A DNA stretch of 64,000 nucleotides from Sarea resinae (taxonomy: Eukaryota), in the NCBI GenBank assembly GCA_026026165.1, contig JAPEUD010000006.1, forward strand, positions 434,001-498,000, given 5' to 3'. This document shows, piece after piece, positions 50,886 through 62,492 of this stretch (the first letter of the stretch is position 1; each line of letters starts with the position of its first letter). Below the pieces are notes generated by a model, which saw only the letters and a list, made by a program, of their open reading frames with translations, did no database searches and was not told where the DNA came from. The translations under genes and the position numbers were made by a program.

Positions 50886-52304
50886 CTAAACCGCTTTTGC
50901 TGCGGCCCCGTAAGGCAGCGAAGGAACATCCTTCAAGTCGGGGGGTCCATATTTGGCGTGGGCCGCATCGTTTTGCCTCTCCTGTATAAACTTGGCGAGG
51001 TCTTCATTGAATGCCTTGAAATTCTTCTCATCGGACAAGTCGATCGGCTCTTGATCTTTTCCAATTTGCCTCATCTGCGCACCGGCAGCAAGGTTGGTAT
51101 CCATGAAAGCGTCCTGGTTGACGAGCTGCTTGATGGCGCCCGTGACGCGACCGGCAAGGAGATCGGCACAGAACCTAGGTTCCTGAGCAAGAGGGCGGCC
51201 AAGGCCAATGCCATCACAGCTCTTGAGGGCGTCGACCATAGCGCTAACGGTACGGAAGCCACCGGTGATATACGATTTAGTCTTCGACAGCACCGGGGTG
51301 ATTTGCTCGGCGAATTCCATGAAGAAAGCCTCACGCTTCTTGGTAGACTCTCGCTTGCCTGTGCTGTGGTCAAAAGCAAGCTTCTCATATGTGCCGCCAG
51401 AGAGCTCGACGAAATCGAATTTGTTGGCTTCAAGGATGGTGCACAGCTGCTTGGCCTCTTGAGGTGTGAAGCCCTTCTCTTGGAATTCGACGCTGTTGAT
51501 CTTGATACCGAGGACGAACTCTTTTGGCAAACGGCTGCGTATCGCTTGTGCGATTTCCGTGATCAGGCGGGCTCTGTTTTCAAGTGATCCACCATATTTA
51601 TCCGTTCGTTTGTTGGTAGTCGGCGAGAGGAATTGGGCAGGCAGATAGCCATGAGCGCCGTGGATCTCAATCCCGTCCCAGCCAGCCTTCCACAGGTATT
51701 CGGCAGCGTGGAAGAAACCCTCGACGACACCGTTGATCTCTTCTTGGCTTGCGGCGTGGGGTTTCGCAAAGGTCAATCCCATGACTACTTTCTGCACAGC
51801 GCGTTAGAGTTGCGGAGGAAGATATTTGAAAATTTGTTTGCTTATTCTTACCTCCAATTGAACATCGCTGGCAGAGATGGGATGGCTGTTGACCTTGTCC
51901 GCAACCTGGCGGCCCGGATGACTGACCTGACCCAAGATCAAGCTGCCGTGCTTCTTGGCTTCTGTCCCGATCGCCGTGAAGCGCTCGAATCGCTCTCCGG
52001 AGAACGGAGCTCCAGGCGGAATGATGGCATTACCGGGTCCCTCGAGTTGATCATAATCAATCATGATGTTGCCCGACAGAATGACACCCTGCTCGCCCTC
52101 ACCCCATCGCTTGTACAGGTTCACCAGTTCCTTGGAAGGAATACCTCGGGCCTTGAGATTGACAGGGTCCCATGACGAGAGCCCCTCGGACATGGCACCA
52201 TTGAGAAAGCGGTTGATGGTACTACGACCAGAGAACTCGAATTTCAAGGGCTGCCCCAGTGGCGCGGGGTCGACGGCCTCGGATTCGTAGCGTGGAGAAG
52301 GCAT
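50886..52304 (-). CDS. NADH:flavin oxidoreductase (Old Yellow Enzyme superfamily)
   Basis: NRFLNGAMSE, QVSHPGRQ, GIEIHGAHGYLPAQFLSPTTNKRTDKYGGSLENRAR and ELSGGTYE. One intron near 51794-51850. Confidence 0.93.
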
Positions 52305-54422
52305 GATTTGCAAGTTCGGAGCTGTCGTCTGGAATTGATCTCGATTGAGTGCAAAGACAAGACGCTGATTGCCTTTGTTGGTGGTAGTCTATCATCTTCA
52401 TGGAACGGGAAAGCAGCCTCTATATATCGAAGCATTCTGCATAGCATCCATGGATTTCGATAGTGGATCCATCTTCATACGATTGCTGACATATCAGATC
52501 TATTAGCAAGCAAACACGGAGAAAGTACTTCGTACTGGTAGATCAAAGTAACGATTAGGGGATTGAGGGGAGGATCGTCTACTCCGTAGTAAGGCAGTGA
52601 TCAGTAATACATAAGGTACAGGCAGGTAACAGGGCTTCTGCGGGGCCGGAGAATGGTGGTGGGGGCACTGGAGGGAATCAATCAATTGACTGACGGGCGG
52701 CCGACGGGCGGCCGAGAGCCCCTCGTATGGCCCGCAACGTCATGCGATGGGAGGTGACGTCGCTTCGGGGAAGAAACTGCTTCGTGGACAGTGACTGTGG
52801 CAGCCTCTTGACCGCCGCGGGGCTGTCGCAAAAGGACGCGGTCGTCCACATTTTACTGTCGGTCGATCGAGACTGTCGAGACTGTCGAGACAGACTTACT
52901 CATAGTAAAGTAGGTTCTCACCGCCGGAAAAAGCGGTTCGCTAATCGTTTGACGCTTTCTACGTACCTCAGGTACCGCGGGAGCTGGAGGTCTTGACCTA
53001 AGGTACCTGGTAGGTGGTCGAGCCCACCAGTGAGCCAGCGGATGGGAGATACCATCCGGCGTATTCTGGAGGACGGAGTCGTCCTTCGTACCTCGTACCA
53101 AGCCTGGAGGTCAATCAAGGGGAAGAAAGTCTAAAGGAGCGACGAGTGTTCTGGATGGTTCCTCGGTCTGTGCTCCAGCTTTCACGGGGCATCGAACCTA
53201 CTGCGGTAAGCAACCTAGGGAAGGTCGATTCTCGGAGAATAGTTTCGGAGAATCGTTCCGTCGCGATGAGCACAGCAGCACAGGCATTGAATGGGGGCTA
53301 TCATCTCGAACGTCGACGCTGGGCGGTATCCGTACCTATCCGTGCTCCGTGGTTGTACGAAGTACGCTGTATAGATACCGGATTATGATATATCACGCCA
53401 GAATGCCGTCCACCTAGTTTGAGCTCAAGTGGAGCTTCGCAGGTACCGAGGCCCGACCTTACTTGCCCCTCCAGTGATACCTTAGCCTGTCGTACGGAGG
53501 GCGTACGGAGTAGTAGGGAGGCCAATGCGATAGCTCAGGGAATGATGATGGATGAGCCTCCGGTCTGTGATATGAAGAATCCTCAGGAAGCGTCTGGAGC
53601 AAGAACGGTCTGGTTCCAGTGGCATGTCTTGGACTCTTCTGAAGTACTCCGGAGTATGCCATCCCTACTATGTAGTAGGAGGATGCTACCATTTCAAGTC
53701 CCCACCGCGCAGAGTCATGTATGAACATCCCACAGCTGTCACTCAGCGTATGCAGATGGCCGGCACAGCTTTCACGGGACGGTGACTGGCCATGCGTGCA
53801 AGCATTCTGGCATCCTGACACGCATTCACCCGGAGCTTCAGGGGCCCCCTGCGACTCCTATGTATGCCATACGGAATAGTGCAACGGGTCTTGTCTCTTC
53901 TCTGCTCGAACAGTTGCCCATCTACTCATCTACTCCGGAGGATGAAGTAGTAGCCTTGGCCCCCCTACCTCTTTGGGCCATCTGTTTGACTTAGACAGGA
54001 ACCCGCTTGGCAGGGCCCCACGAGGCAGGGACAGGACGGCCACACGCAGCAGCGCAACCGTGGGGTCCAGGCCTGTTAGCGTCCGCATGTCTTGGTGGAT
54101 GATCGACAATTCTTTTGTTTACATTTCTCCACGCACACGTAAAAGAGCATTGTGGCCGGGCTGTTCTGATGTTGCGATTTGCCTCGTCGTGCGCGGTCAC
54201 GGTGCGATGCGCTGTACTATGTAGAGACTTGGAGAGCGTACTCCTACTATGGTAGGGTCGGCGAGCTCTCTTGGCGACTCAAGGTATCAGGATTATGACT
54301 CGTGAATGACTCGCCTTTCCCAACGGATGCATCTACATGACATCCGCCCTTGATTCGCCCCTCATGCACATGCCCTGCTGCCTCCTTGGTTCCTCAATCC
54401 AGCAGTTGACCCCCGCCGACTA

Positions 54423-56202
54423 ATGAGCATGCCGATCGATGCCCCGAATGACCCGGGAACTAGGTCTTCCTTGACCCCCGAGGACAAGGCCGACTCTTCA
54501 TCGCAGCGGAGCAATAATGGCCCACGAGCCAAGAAACCGCGGGTGACCGGTTCGGGATCGCGGGGGGTCGCCAATCTGACCCCAGAGCAGCTGGAGAAGA
54601 AGCGTGCCAACGACCGTGAGGCGCAACGGGCCATCCGCGAACGAACGAAGAATCAGATCGAGGGATTGGAGCGTCGCATCCAGGAACTGACGTCGCAGCA
54701 GCCCTATCAGGAATTACAGCTGGTCCTGCGCCAGAAAGAGGCCATTCAGGCCGAGAACGACGAGATCCGAAAGAAACTGTCGTCGATCCTGGCCATCATC
54801 CAACCCATCATCGGGCCACAGGCTACGCAATCGCTGAATGGTGAGTATCAGGGCATCGTCTAACGCGGCACGCGCGTGTCCCGTTTCAATTGTCGAAGAT
54901 GCACAAGGCTGACACGTATCTACCCAGAGTTTGGCGGAGGTCATCAGCAAAACCTGCCTCTTCAGGGTGGGCCGCCGTTCGAACAAGATACGCCACGCTC
55001 TTTCCCCACCTCGACGTCGACGGTGTCAAGCCTTCACTCAACGCTCGGCACGAACTCGTCAGCGAGTGGCGCTCCTGCATGGCAGCCTTCGACGTCTGCA
55101 ACGACTCCGGGTGGACAGAGGGTGTGGTCACCATCTGAAGTGTTCGAACAGCAGAGGAGTAACATGACACAAGGGCTGAATTTAGATGCGTCAAAAGAAA
55201 GATTGGGTCTTGGCTTCTTGTTAGAAAGCGGCCAAAATGTGTCCAAATTGGGGGACGGGATTCCCATGCAAGAAGCGTCACATATGCCGTTCGGTATGAT
55301 TGAATTCATGTTCCATATTTTTGTAATCCTGCTTAACCACTGAGAATTCCTAGGTTCTTCCCTGACTACTAGCAGTACTGGTTCCGGCTTTCGACGGCCC
55401 CCAGACTACTCACAGGCCGGTCAACAAGGAGAGCAACTCTTGGCTTCTAACACGCTTCCCGTCAACTGTCCGCCGACGTGTCCACTCGACAGCATCCTCT
55501 TGGACTTTTTGGCCGAACGAAGGCAACGTGCCGCTGAAGGGGTCCCTCCCAAGAAGCTGGTTGGCCCAACATACCCAAGTGTTTCATCACTCTTGAATCC
55601 CGAGCGCAGCATCTACTCGCATCCGCTGTCGAAAGTCTTCACCGATATCTTGGCCACATTTCCCGAACTATCCACTCTTCCCGAACGGATTGGCATTCTG
55701 TATACAATGTTTCTCGTGATGCGCGTACGTCATGCTGATCCCGGTACTCGTTGCGCCTCATGCTAATGATCGCAGTGGCAAGTGTCACCAACACAAGAGA
55801 ATTACGATCGATTGCCAGAATGGATGACTCCGAGGCCTTCGCAACTCTTCACACCACATCCTGCATGGATCGACCATCTGCCATGGTAAGTGCTCTTTCA
55901 TAGCGTTTCCTACGCCGATCCATATCTGACTGTCTTATAGGCCACGCATGCGGGACAAGATGGTTCAGACGCAAGACTACTCGATCGAGGATTTCTTCAT
56001 TCCCTTCACGTCAACACTCTCCGTCAACTGGCCCTACGAACCTACCGACGCACTCCTCTCCGCTTCCGAGTCAGACGAGCTCATGATCAACCCGGTCTTC
56101 GAACGCCATTTACGGAATTTTAGCAACTGGAGCTTGGGCCCGGAATTTGCGAAGGCTTTCCCGCATCTAGCGAATACCGTCAAGATCAAGGCAAATGAGT
56201 AA
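54423..56202 (+). CDS. bZIP transcription factor with C-terminal DUF3425-like domain
   Basis: LEKKRANDREAQRAIRERTKNQIEGLERRIQEL basic region and zipper. C-terminal PHPAWIDHLPWPRMRD and FERHLRNFSNWSLGPEF. Four introns. Confidence 0.9.
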
Positions 56203-57555
56203 TCTACCGGAAAGTATCCTACTGGGAAAAGGAGTTTGGCGCGGCACGGCCCCAGGTGGGAATGAAAGGGTACAAATGGGACGGAATGAGTGACGTGTTT
56301 AGGCTTGGGTCGCTCTTGGTGTGCGGACGTGGTCTTTTGGACGGTATAAAGGATATGATTGTTTTTCTCTCTGCGGATACTGCTCTTTCAGTCTTTTGAT
56401 ATGCCGTTTTGAGCGCGGAACGGAGCGACGGCTGGGGAGCGAGAGAAGAGGTGTCTCTCTCTCTGGGGAGGGGGGGTTTCAAGGGCCACGGTCACGGTCA
56501 CGGTTACGGTTACGGTTCTGGTGTTCTTGGTGTGAGGAGGCAGTGCTTTGAAGATGGTGGAGTTGTGTCTCTTCGGGATGAATGTGTGATGTAACGACCA
56601 ACGCAATGAATTTCGGTCTTTGGTACTCCAGGTGCACATTACTTACACTACGAATACCAGACGGTCTGTATTGTTGCTTGGACCATGGGCGCCGAAGATG
56701 GTCGTACGACATGGATACGCAGGATCTCCAACTGTACGGCGGATGGTCGCAGAGGACCGACGGACTGCGCGGTCCGGACTCCGTAGATGTCGGATCAAAT
56801 GGGGTAGCTGGAGGCTGGAGAGCGGGGTAGAGTGCAAAGCATGGTACTTGTACGGCCGACTCCACTGCAGTACGATCGAAGGTACCGAATACACACCGCC
56901 ACACAGTACGATGGATATCGAGTGCGGTAGTCCGTAGTAGATGACAAGCCACCGTCTACGTAATGGAACTCGTAACACCCGCCGGCACGCCCTTGAACGG
57001 GCGCTCCACGATATCTCGCACTTGCAAACGCCATCGTCAGGCCCGGTCATGATCTTCTTCACGGCCATCCAGCTTTCCTATTGCCATCTTCGCTATGCCG
57101 GCCCGAGTCATGCTGACCTGCTTGACCTGCTGAGCGCGCGTGCGCGTACCTGAATCCTGAATCCGGACGCAATAAGACATCTTCTCCTTGCATTATTGCC
57201 TTTCCATCTCATCCCATCCCATCCCATATCATCAGCATTATCATCATTAGCATCTCCATTATTACACCAATGCGGATGCGAGGAATCTATCGCAACTTTG
57301 GATATACAACATTTTTACAATATTTGCCTCTGCTTGCTCTTGTTTTCCATCTCAGGATCATGTACATGGAGGTCGCCTTTCATACGGCTTGTTAAATTCC
57401 GCATATTATCCAAATTTTGGTTCGAGAACGGAAGGTTGACGGAGCTCGCTTTTTTGGAGCTGTCCAAGGACGGAGACAATAGAAGATCGGCCTCGTGCGG
57501 ATGGGACCAGATCAAGCAAAGCTCGCATACTTACATTAAAATCTATCGACCCACC

Positions 57556-58986
57556 ATGTCCTCCCCCAAACCCAAACTTCCGCTCCGCGAGAAAATCGCC
57601 CTCGTTCCCGTCATCGCCAAATTCAGTACGTCTCCCTGCCAGCAGGACTATCGATTGCTTCTTGATATAGTTCAGCCTGACAGTTTCCGCGGTCTAGTGT
57701 CGTCCTTTGCGACAAATCTCGTCACAGCGCCGTTCCGGGGCCCCGGCGGTGCAAGGACATATTGGCGGCATGTCCTCTATAGCTCGACAAAGACGTTTCA
57801 GGAGGATGCGACTGTCGAGCAAGCGCAGTGCGTTTGATCTTTTCTTACCTTTGCCACGGCTCTGCCGCTGCGATCTATCTATTTATCTTATAGTCTAACA
57901 TCTCACCTCGTCGCAACATAGATACCTCTTGACTTCGACAGACAAAGCTTACCGCTCGTTTGCCAAATCACAACGCCTTCCGCCCGTGACGGTCGACTTA
58001 CCAGACGGCGCCAAAGGACACTGGCTTGGCGATCCGACGGCGGAGAAGGTAATGGTGTGGTTCCACGGTACCGCGCCCTCTTTTTCTGTTGCAACAATTC
58101 CACGCTTCCCCCCCCCCCTTTTCTCAACTTCTGTCGAGGTGCAAAGAGTCAAGAGGCACTTACTCATACCTCCCAGGTGGCGGTTACAACTACCCGGCGA
58201 CGCCTGGCCATATATCTTTTATATACTCGCTCGCGTCGTACGCGGCGCAAGAAACCAAACACTCCGTCTCCGTCTTCATGCTCGCGTACACGCTGGCACC
58301 ACACGCACAGTACCCGACGCAACTCCGACAAGCAGTAGGCATGCTCAAGTACCTGCTCGAAGACTGCGAAAGGAGGCCCGAAGACGTGCGTCCCCTTTTC
58401 ATCTCTGATCGGACCGTGCAGGCTGACAGCAACAACCAATACACAGATCTCCCTTGTGGGCGACTCAGCAGGCTGCAACCTCGTCCTCGCCCTTCTCTCC
58501 CATCTCCTCCACCCACACCCATCCATATCCGCCCTCTCGCTCCCGGCAAACTCACCGCCCTTTGCCACCGTGATCCTAATCTCGCCCTGGGTGACATTCA
58601 GCATGACATCGGCCTCGTACACGGCCAACAAAGGCAAAGACGTCATCTCCGCCGTCGCGCTCTCGCACTGGATCCCGAATTTCCTGCCGCCGTCCACGAC
58701 GTCAGAAGACGCATACACGTCACCGCTGGCACTGGCGCCGGCGGGCTGGTGGTACGGCCTCGACGGTCTCGCTAGCGCCATGCTCATCATCGGCGGCGGC
58801 GACGAGGTCTTCGTCGACGACATCCGCGCCTTTGGTCACGTGCTCGAGAAGTCGCATCCGCGCGTCACCAGCCTGGTCACCCAGGCCGAGATCCACGAAC
58901 AGCCTGTTCTGGACCGGGCGTTTGGGTTTCGGAAACTGACGCAGATGGAGGGCGTGGTTCGGAGCTGGTTTGCGGGTGGTCTGTAA
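57556..58986 (+). CDS. Alpha/beta hydrolase, HSL-like (Say1/steryl deacetylase-like)
   Basis: Spliced HGGGY oxyanion motif, YTLAP..YPTQL, GDSAG nucleophile, ILISPWV and C-terminal EIH. Four introns. Confidence 0.9.
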
Positions 58987-58994
58987 TTCTTTGC

Positions 58995-59383
58995 GTGAGT
59001 ACGGACGTATGGGTAGATGGGATGACTTCATGTATGGGTGAGATGGGTTTATGTACGGATGAAATGAGTTTATGTACGGATGGGATGAATGGATAGATGA
59101 CATACGGTTTCTTTGGGTTCCGGAAATCTCGGCGAATAATACCTTTAGGAAGTCCGGCGTTGGATCTTCTACTTTGTCTTGTCTAGCTAGCTTGACAAGA
59201 GGCCGGAATTATTGGGAATCGGACCCGGACAGAATCTCTGTCTCCCTCTGTCTCTGTCTCTGTTGACTCTTATCATTCGCTCCCCCACCAAATATGCCAA
59301 GGCATGACATGACATGACACAATTCGATACGATACCACACAATACCACAAGCAAGACACGGGCGAGACGCACATGACACGACA

Positions 59384-59454
<71 letters not shown>

Positions 59455-60790
59455 CCCCTTCCCCTTCTTCCCCTGCCTCTTTCCCCCCTTCCCCCTTTCT
59501 CAGCCTCAGCAATATCCTTCCCTGCCATACCTCCCAAGACGGCACGCACCGTATGTAACAAGAGCCCGACAATCTAACACGCCAACGACCCACGACCCAA
59601 CACTAAAGCAGCAAGAAAAAAGAAGGAAGGAAGAGAAGGAACAAGGAAGAGGGGATGACTAGAACCCCACTCTCTCTCTAGCGTCTGGGAGACTAAGAGA
59701 GAATATATATATATATATACATATATATACAGATACCTACGTCTTCCAGATAGAGAGACACGAGAGAAATCTTTCGAAGAAGTAAGAAGTAAGAAGAGAC
59801 GGAGGGGAAAGAGGGGGGGGAAGGGGGGGGGGAAGAGGATGTATCAAGTATGTTTGAAGAAAGAGAGATAGGAAAAAGAAGGACGTGGAAAAGAGAGACG
59901 GGAAAAAGAGAAGGGGGTAAGAAAGAGAGGGGGTAAAGAAAGAGAGAGAGGGGTCAAGAAAGAGAGAGAGAGGTTAAGAAAGAGAGAGAGGGGTAGGAAA
60001 GAGAGGGGGGTAAGAATGTGTGATAATTGGTGTTATAGGGGTAGAGGGTAGGGGCAAGAGGAGGAAGAAATCTTTCTAAGAAGTAAGAGAGGGGGGGAAG
60101 AAGTTAAGGTAGAGGAGACGAAAGAAGAGGGTAAGGTAAGGTCAAGGAGTAAGAGTAAGAGGAAGAGGAAGAAGAGGAAGTAAGAGGTCAAGGTGAAGAG
60201 AAAGAGAAAGGAAAGAGAAAGGAAAGAGAGAGAGAAAGAAGAGGAGAAAGAAAATGACTTATAAGAGCAAGAGAGCAAGAGAGCAAGAGAGAAGCGAGAG
60301 AGAAGAGGACCTAGAGGGTAAAGAGGTAAAGTAAATAGAACAGGCAGATTAGAGTCCATTAAATTCTCTAAAGTACTAGTTCATAGTCCTAGTCAAGAGA
60401 GGTTATAGTTATATATATGTTTATGGATAAATATGATATCTATACATGACAAGTACAGATATATTATCGACAGATAGAGGTATAGATGGAGGTATAGACA
60501 AAACTAGAGAACCATCTACATACCTACACACACATATAGAGAGAGAGATAGGGAGGGAGAGAGAGAGAAAGCCACCGTGTGACCAAAAAAAAAGACAGAG
60601 AGCGCTATAGAGACGCAGGCGTTAAGACAAAAGCAGCTGTAGAAACAGACGTAGACGCTGAGACGCTGAGAGAGATGGAAAAAGAAATAAAGAGGGAGTG
60701 GCGCATAGGGGAAAGCCATCTCATTCGATATAGACCGACCAACCGACCAACCGACCGACCGACCGCCAAATTATAATACTAGGCTCTTCC
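58995..60790. repeat. Low-complexity island with ~21-bp minisatellite, poly-C run and AG-rich repeats
   Basis: ATGAGTTTATGTACGGATG-like repeats at about 59000-59100, 68 consecutive C at 59386-59453, (AT)n, and AAGAAAGAGAGAGAGGGGT-like repeats at about 59900-60015. Confidence 0.88.
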
Positions 60791-60879
60791 GTTCATCGCT
60801 CGTCGTCCTCTTCATGAACAAGCCCATTCGTCCCTCCCAGTCTTCTTACTAGTCGAACATATCGCTCGTGGATCAGCCT

Positions 60880-62492
60880 TTACGTGACGACTTTCTGGCC
60901 CCAGACGACATTATACCGATGCAAGGTATGCACGCCCTTCTGCCTGGCGTCCTTGCGCACCTGCGCCAGGAAAACCTGCACCTCCTCAATCGACCAGCCG
61001 AGCACGTGCGTGAACGTCGCGCTCGAGAATGCCTCCAGGCCGTCGAGGAACTGCAGCATGTTGAGGGAACCGATTTGTTTCTGTAGAGTCATCCCGAGTC
61101 AGCTTAAGAAGAAGAAAAAAAAAAAGAGACACGCACCAACTCAGGGTCCTTTGGCCATGGCCCCAGGGGCACTTTGTATACGCGCTCCTGCACGTTCTGG
61201 AAGCCGGCGTCCTCGACCCATTTCTTGATGTGCCGCCCCGGAGAGGCGGTGCGGTTGATCTTGTCGCACGCTTCCAGGAGTAGCCGGTAGAACTCGACAA
61301 CCTTGTTGTCAGCAGGGATCGAGCCGTCCTCGGAAAAGACCTCGAGGTCAAAGTCCTGGAACTCGACCCAGCCGTCGGGGTTGAGGTTTCTATAAGGAAG
61401 TTTAGTAGGCTGGTGACTGTGAATGACGAGGGACGACTGTGTTACGAGAACACATATGATGACGAGTAGGTCGGTAGCAACGGGTATGGAAGACAAGAAA
61501 ACAAACTTACTCGTAACACTGCCTCGCTAATCTAGGCCAGTCGAGGATCGAGCCCGCCATGTATCGAGAATGAATGAAGTCGTAGGGTTGGCCTAGCCAT
61601 TCGCTCTCCACATCGTCGACCACGAAGCGGACATTCGGTGGGACCCTATATGAGGATGAGGTGAGCCACGACGAGGGTGGGGGCGCTGAGAGAAGGAAGA
61701 GGGAAAAAAAAAGTAGACGCCTACCAGCTTGTTTGGATAGGACTGAGATCGTTGCCCAAAATCTATGAACCAGATTAACGACCGGATCAGTCGACCGACA
61801 CTATCGAGAGAACATACCACCGAGGCTTCAGGATGCAGATCCCCTGTGACACCACAAAAAATCCAACTTGTAAGCCAACCATTCAGAATCAGCGATGTTG
61901 TGTTCCTCACCCATCTCCACAGCCCACGTCCCGGTGCCCGTGCCAATATCTAAAACCCTTATCGGTCCCTCCTTGATGGGCGCAAGATATAATCTGTCCT
62001 TCAGCAAGAGCTTCACGATATGGTGCATGAGCTCGTATCGATCTTGTTCCTTTTCATCGTTGGGAAATTGATAGCCTGGCAACAGTGATCATTCAGTGAG
62101 AAACTTTGTCATAATATAATAGTCGTAATCTCCCGAGGCGATAAGAGTTTGTTCCTCACGAAAACGACGAGGGTCTTTCGCAAAAGCATGAATACGCACT
62201 TCCCGCTCGATAGCTGTGATATCTTCGGCCATTCTCCCACTGATATTTGTTTACGCTAGAGCTCAACGACGTGGTGTAGCTCGATCTAACAGCAGACTCA
62301 TCAGCTTCCAATTGGTGTTTTGGAGAGTGCAGGGCGCGCGCACAGTTCGCTCCCATATGCCGAGTCGGAATCGCTTGCCGTATCCTGTTCGATGACGCTT
62401 CTTCAGCATTGGGGAGAGAATCAATGGACGAAGGCCATCGACGCCTCACTCACCTCGGGCACCACAATAGCCGTGGCTTCGGGGTTAGACAT
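60880..62492 (-). CDS. LaeA-like SAM-dependent methyltransferase
   Basis: DSAYGS..SYTTSLSSSVNKYQWENGRRYHSY, FPNDEKEQDR, VLDIGTGTGTWA, NLNPDGWVEFQD and KVPLGPWPKDP. Many introns; the start at 62492 is inferred. Confidence 0.9.

Noticed and set aside
58999..59100. CRISPR-like appearance of short repeats
   Set aside because: Degenerate tandem minisatellite without unique spacers, in a eukaryotic context with no cas genes.
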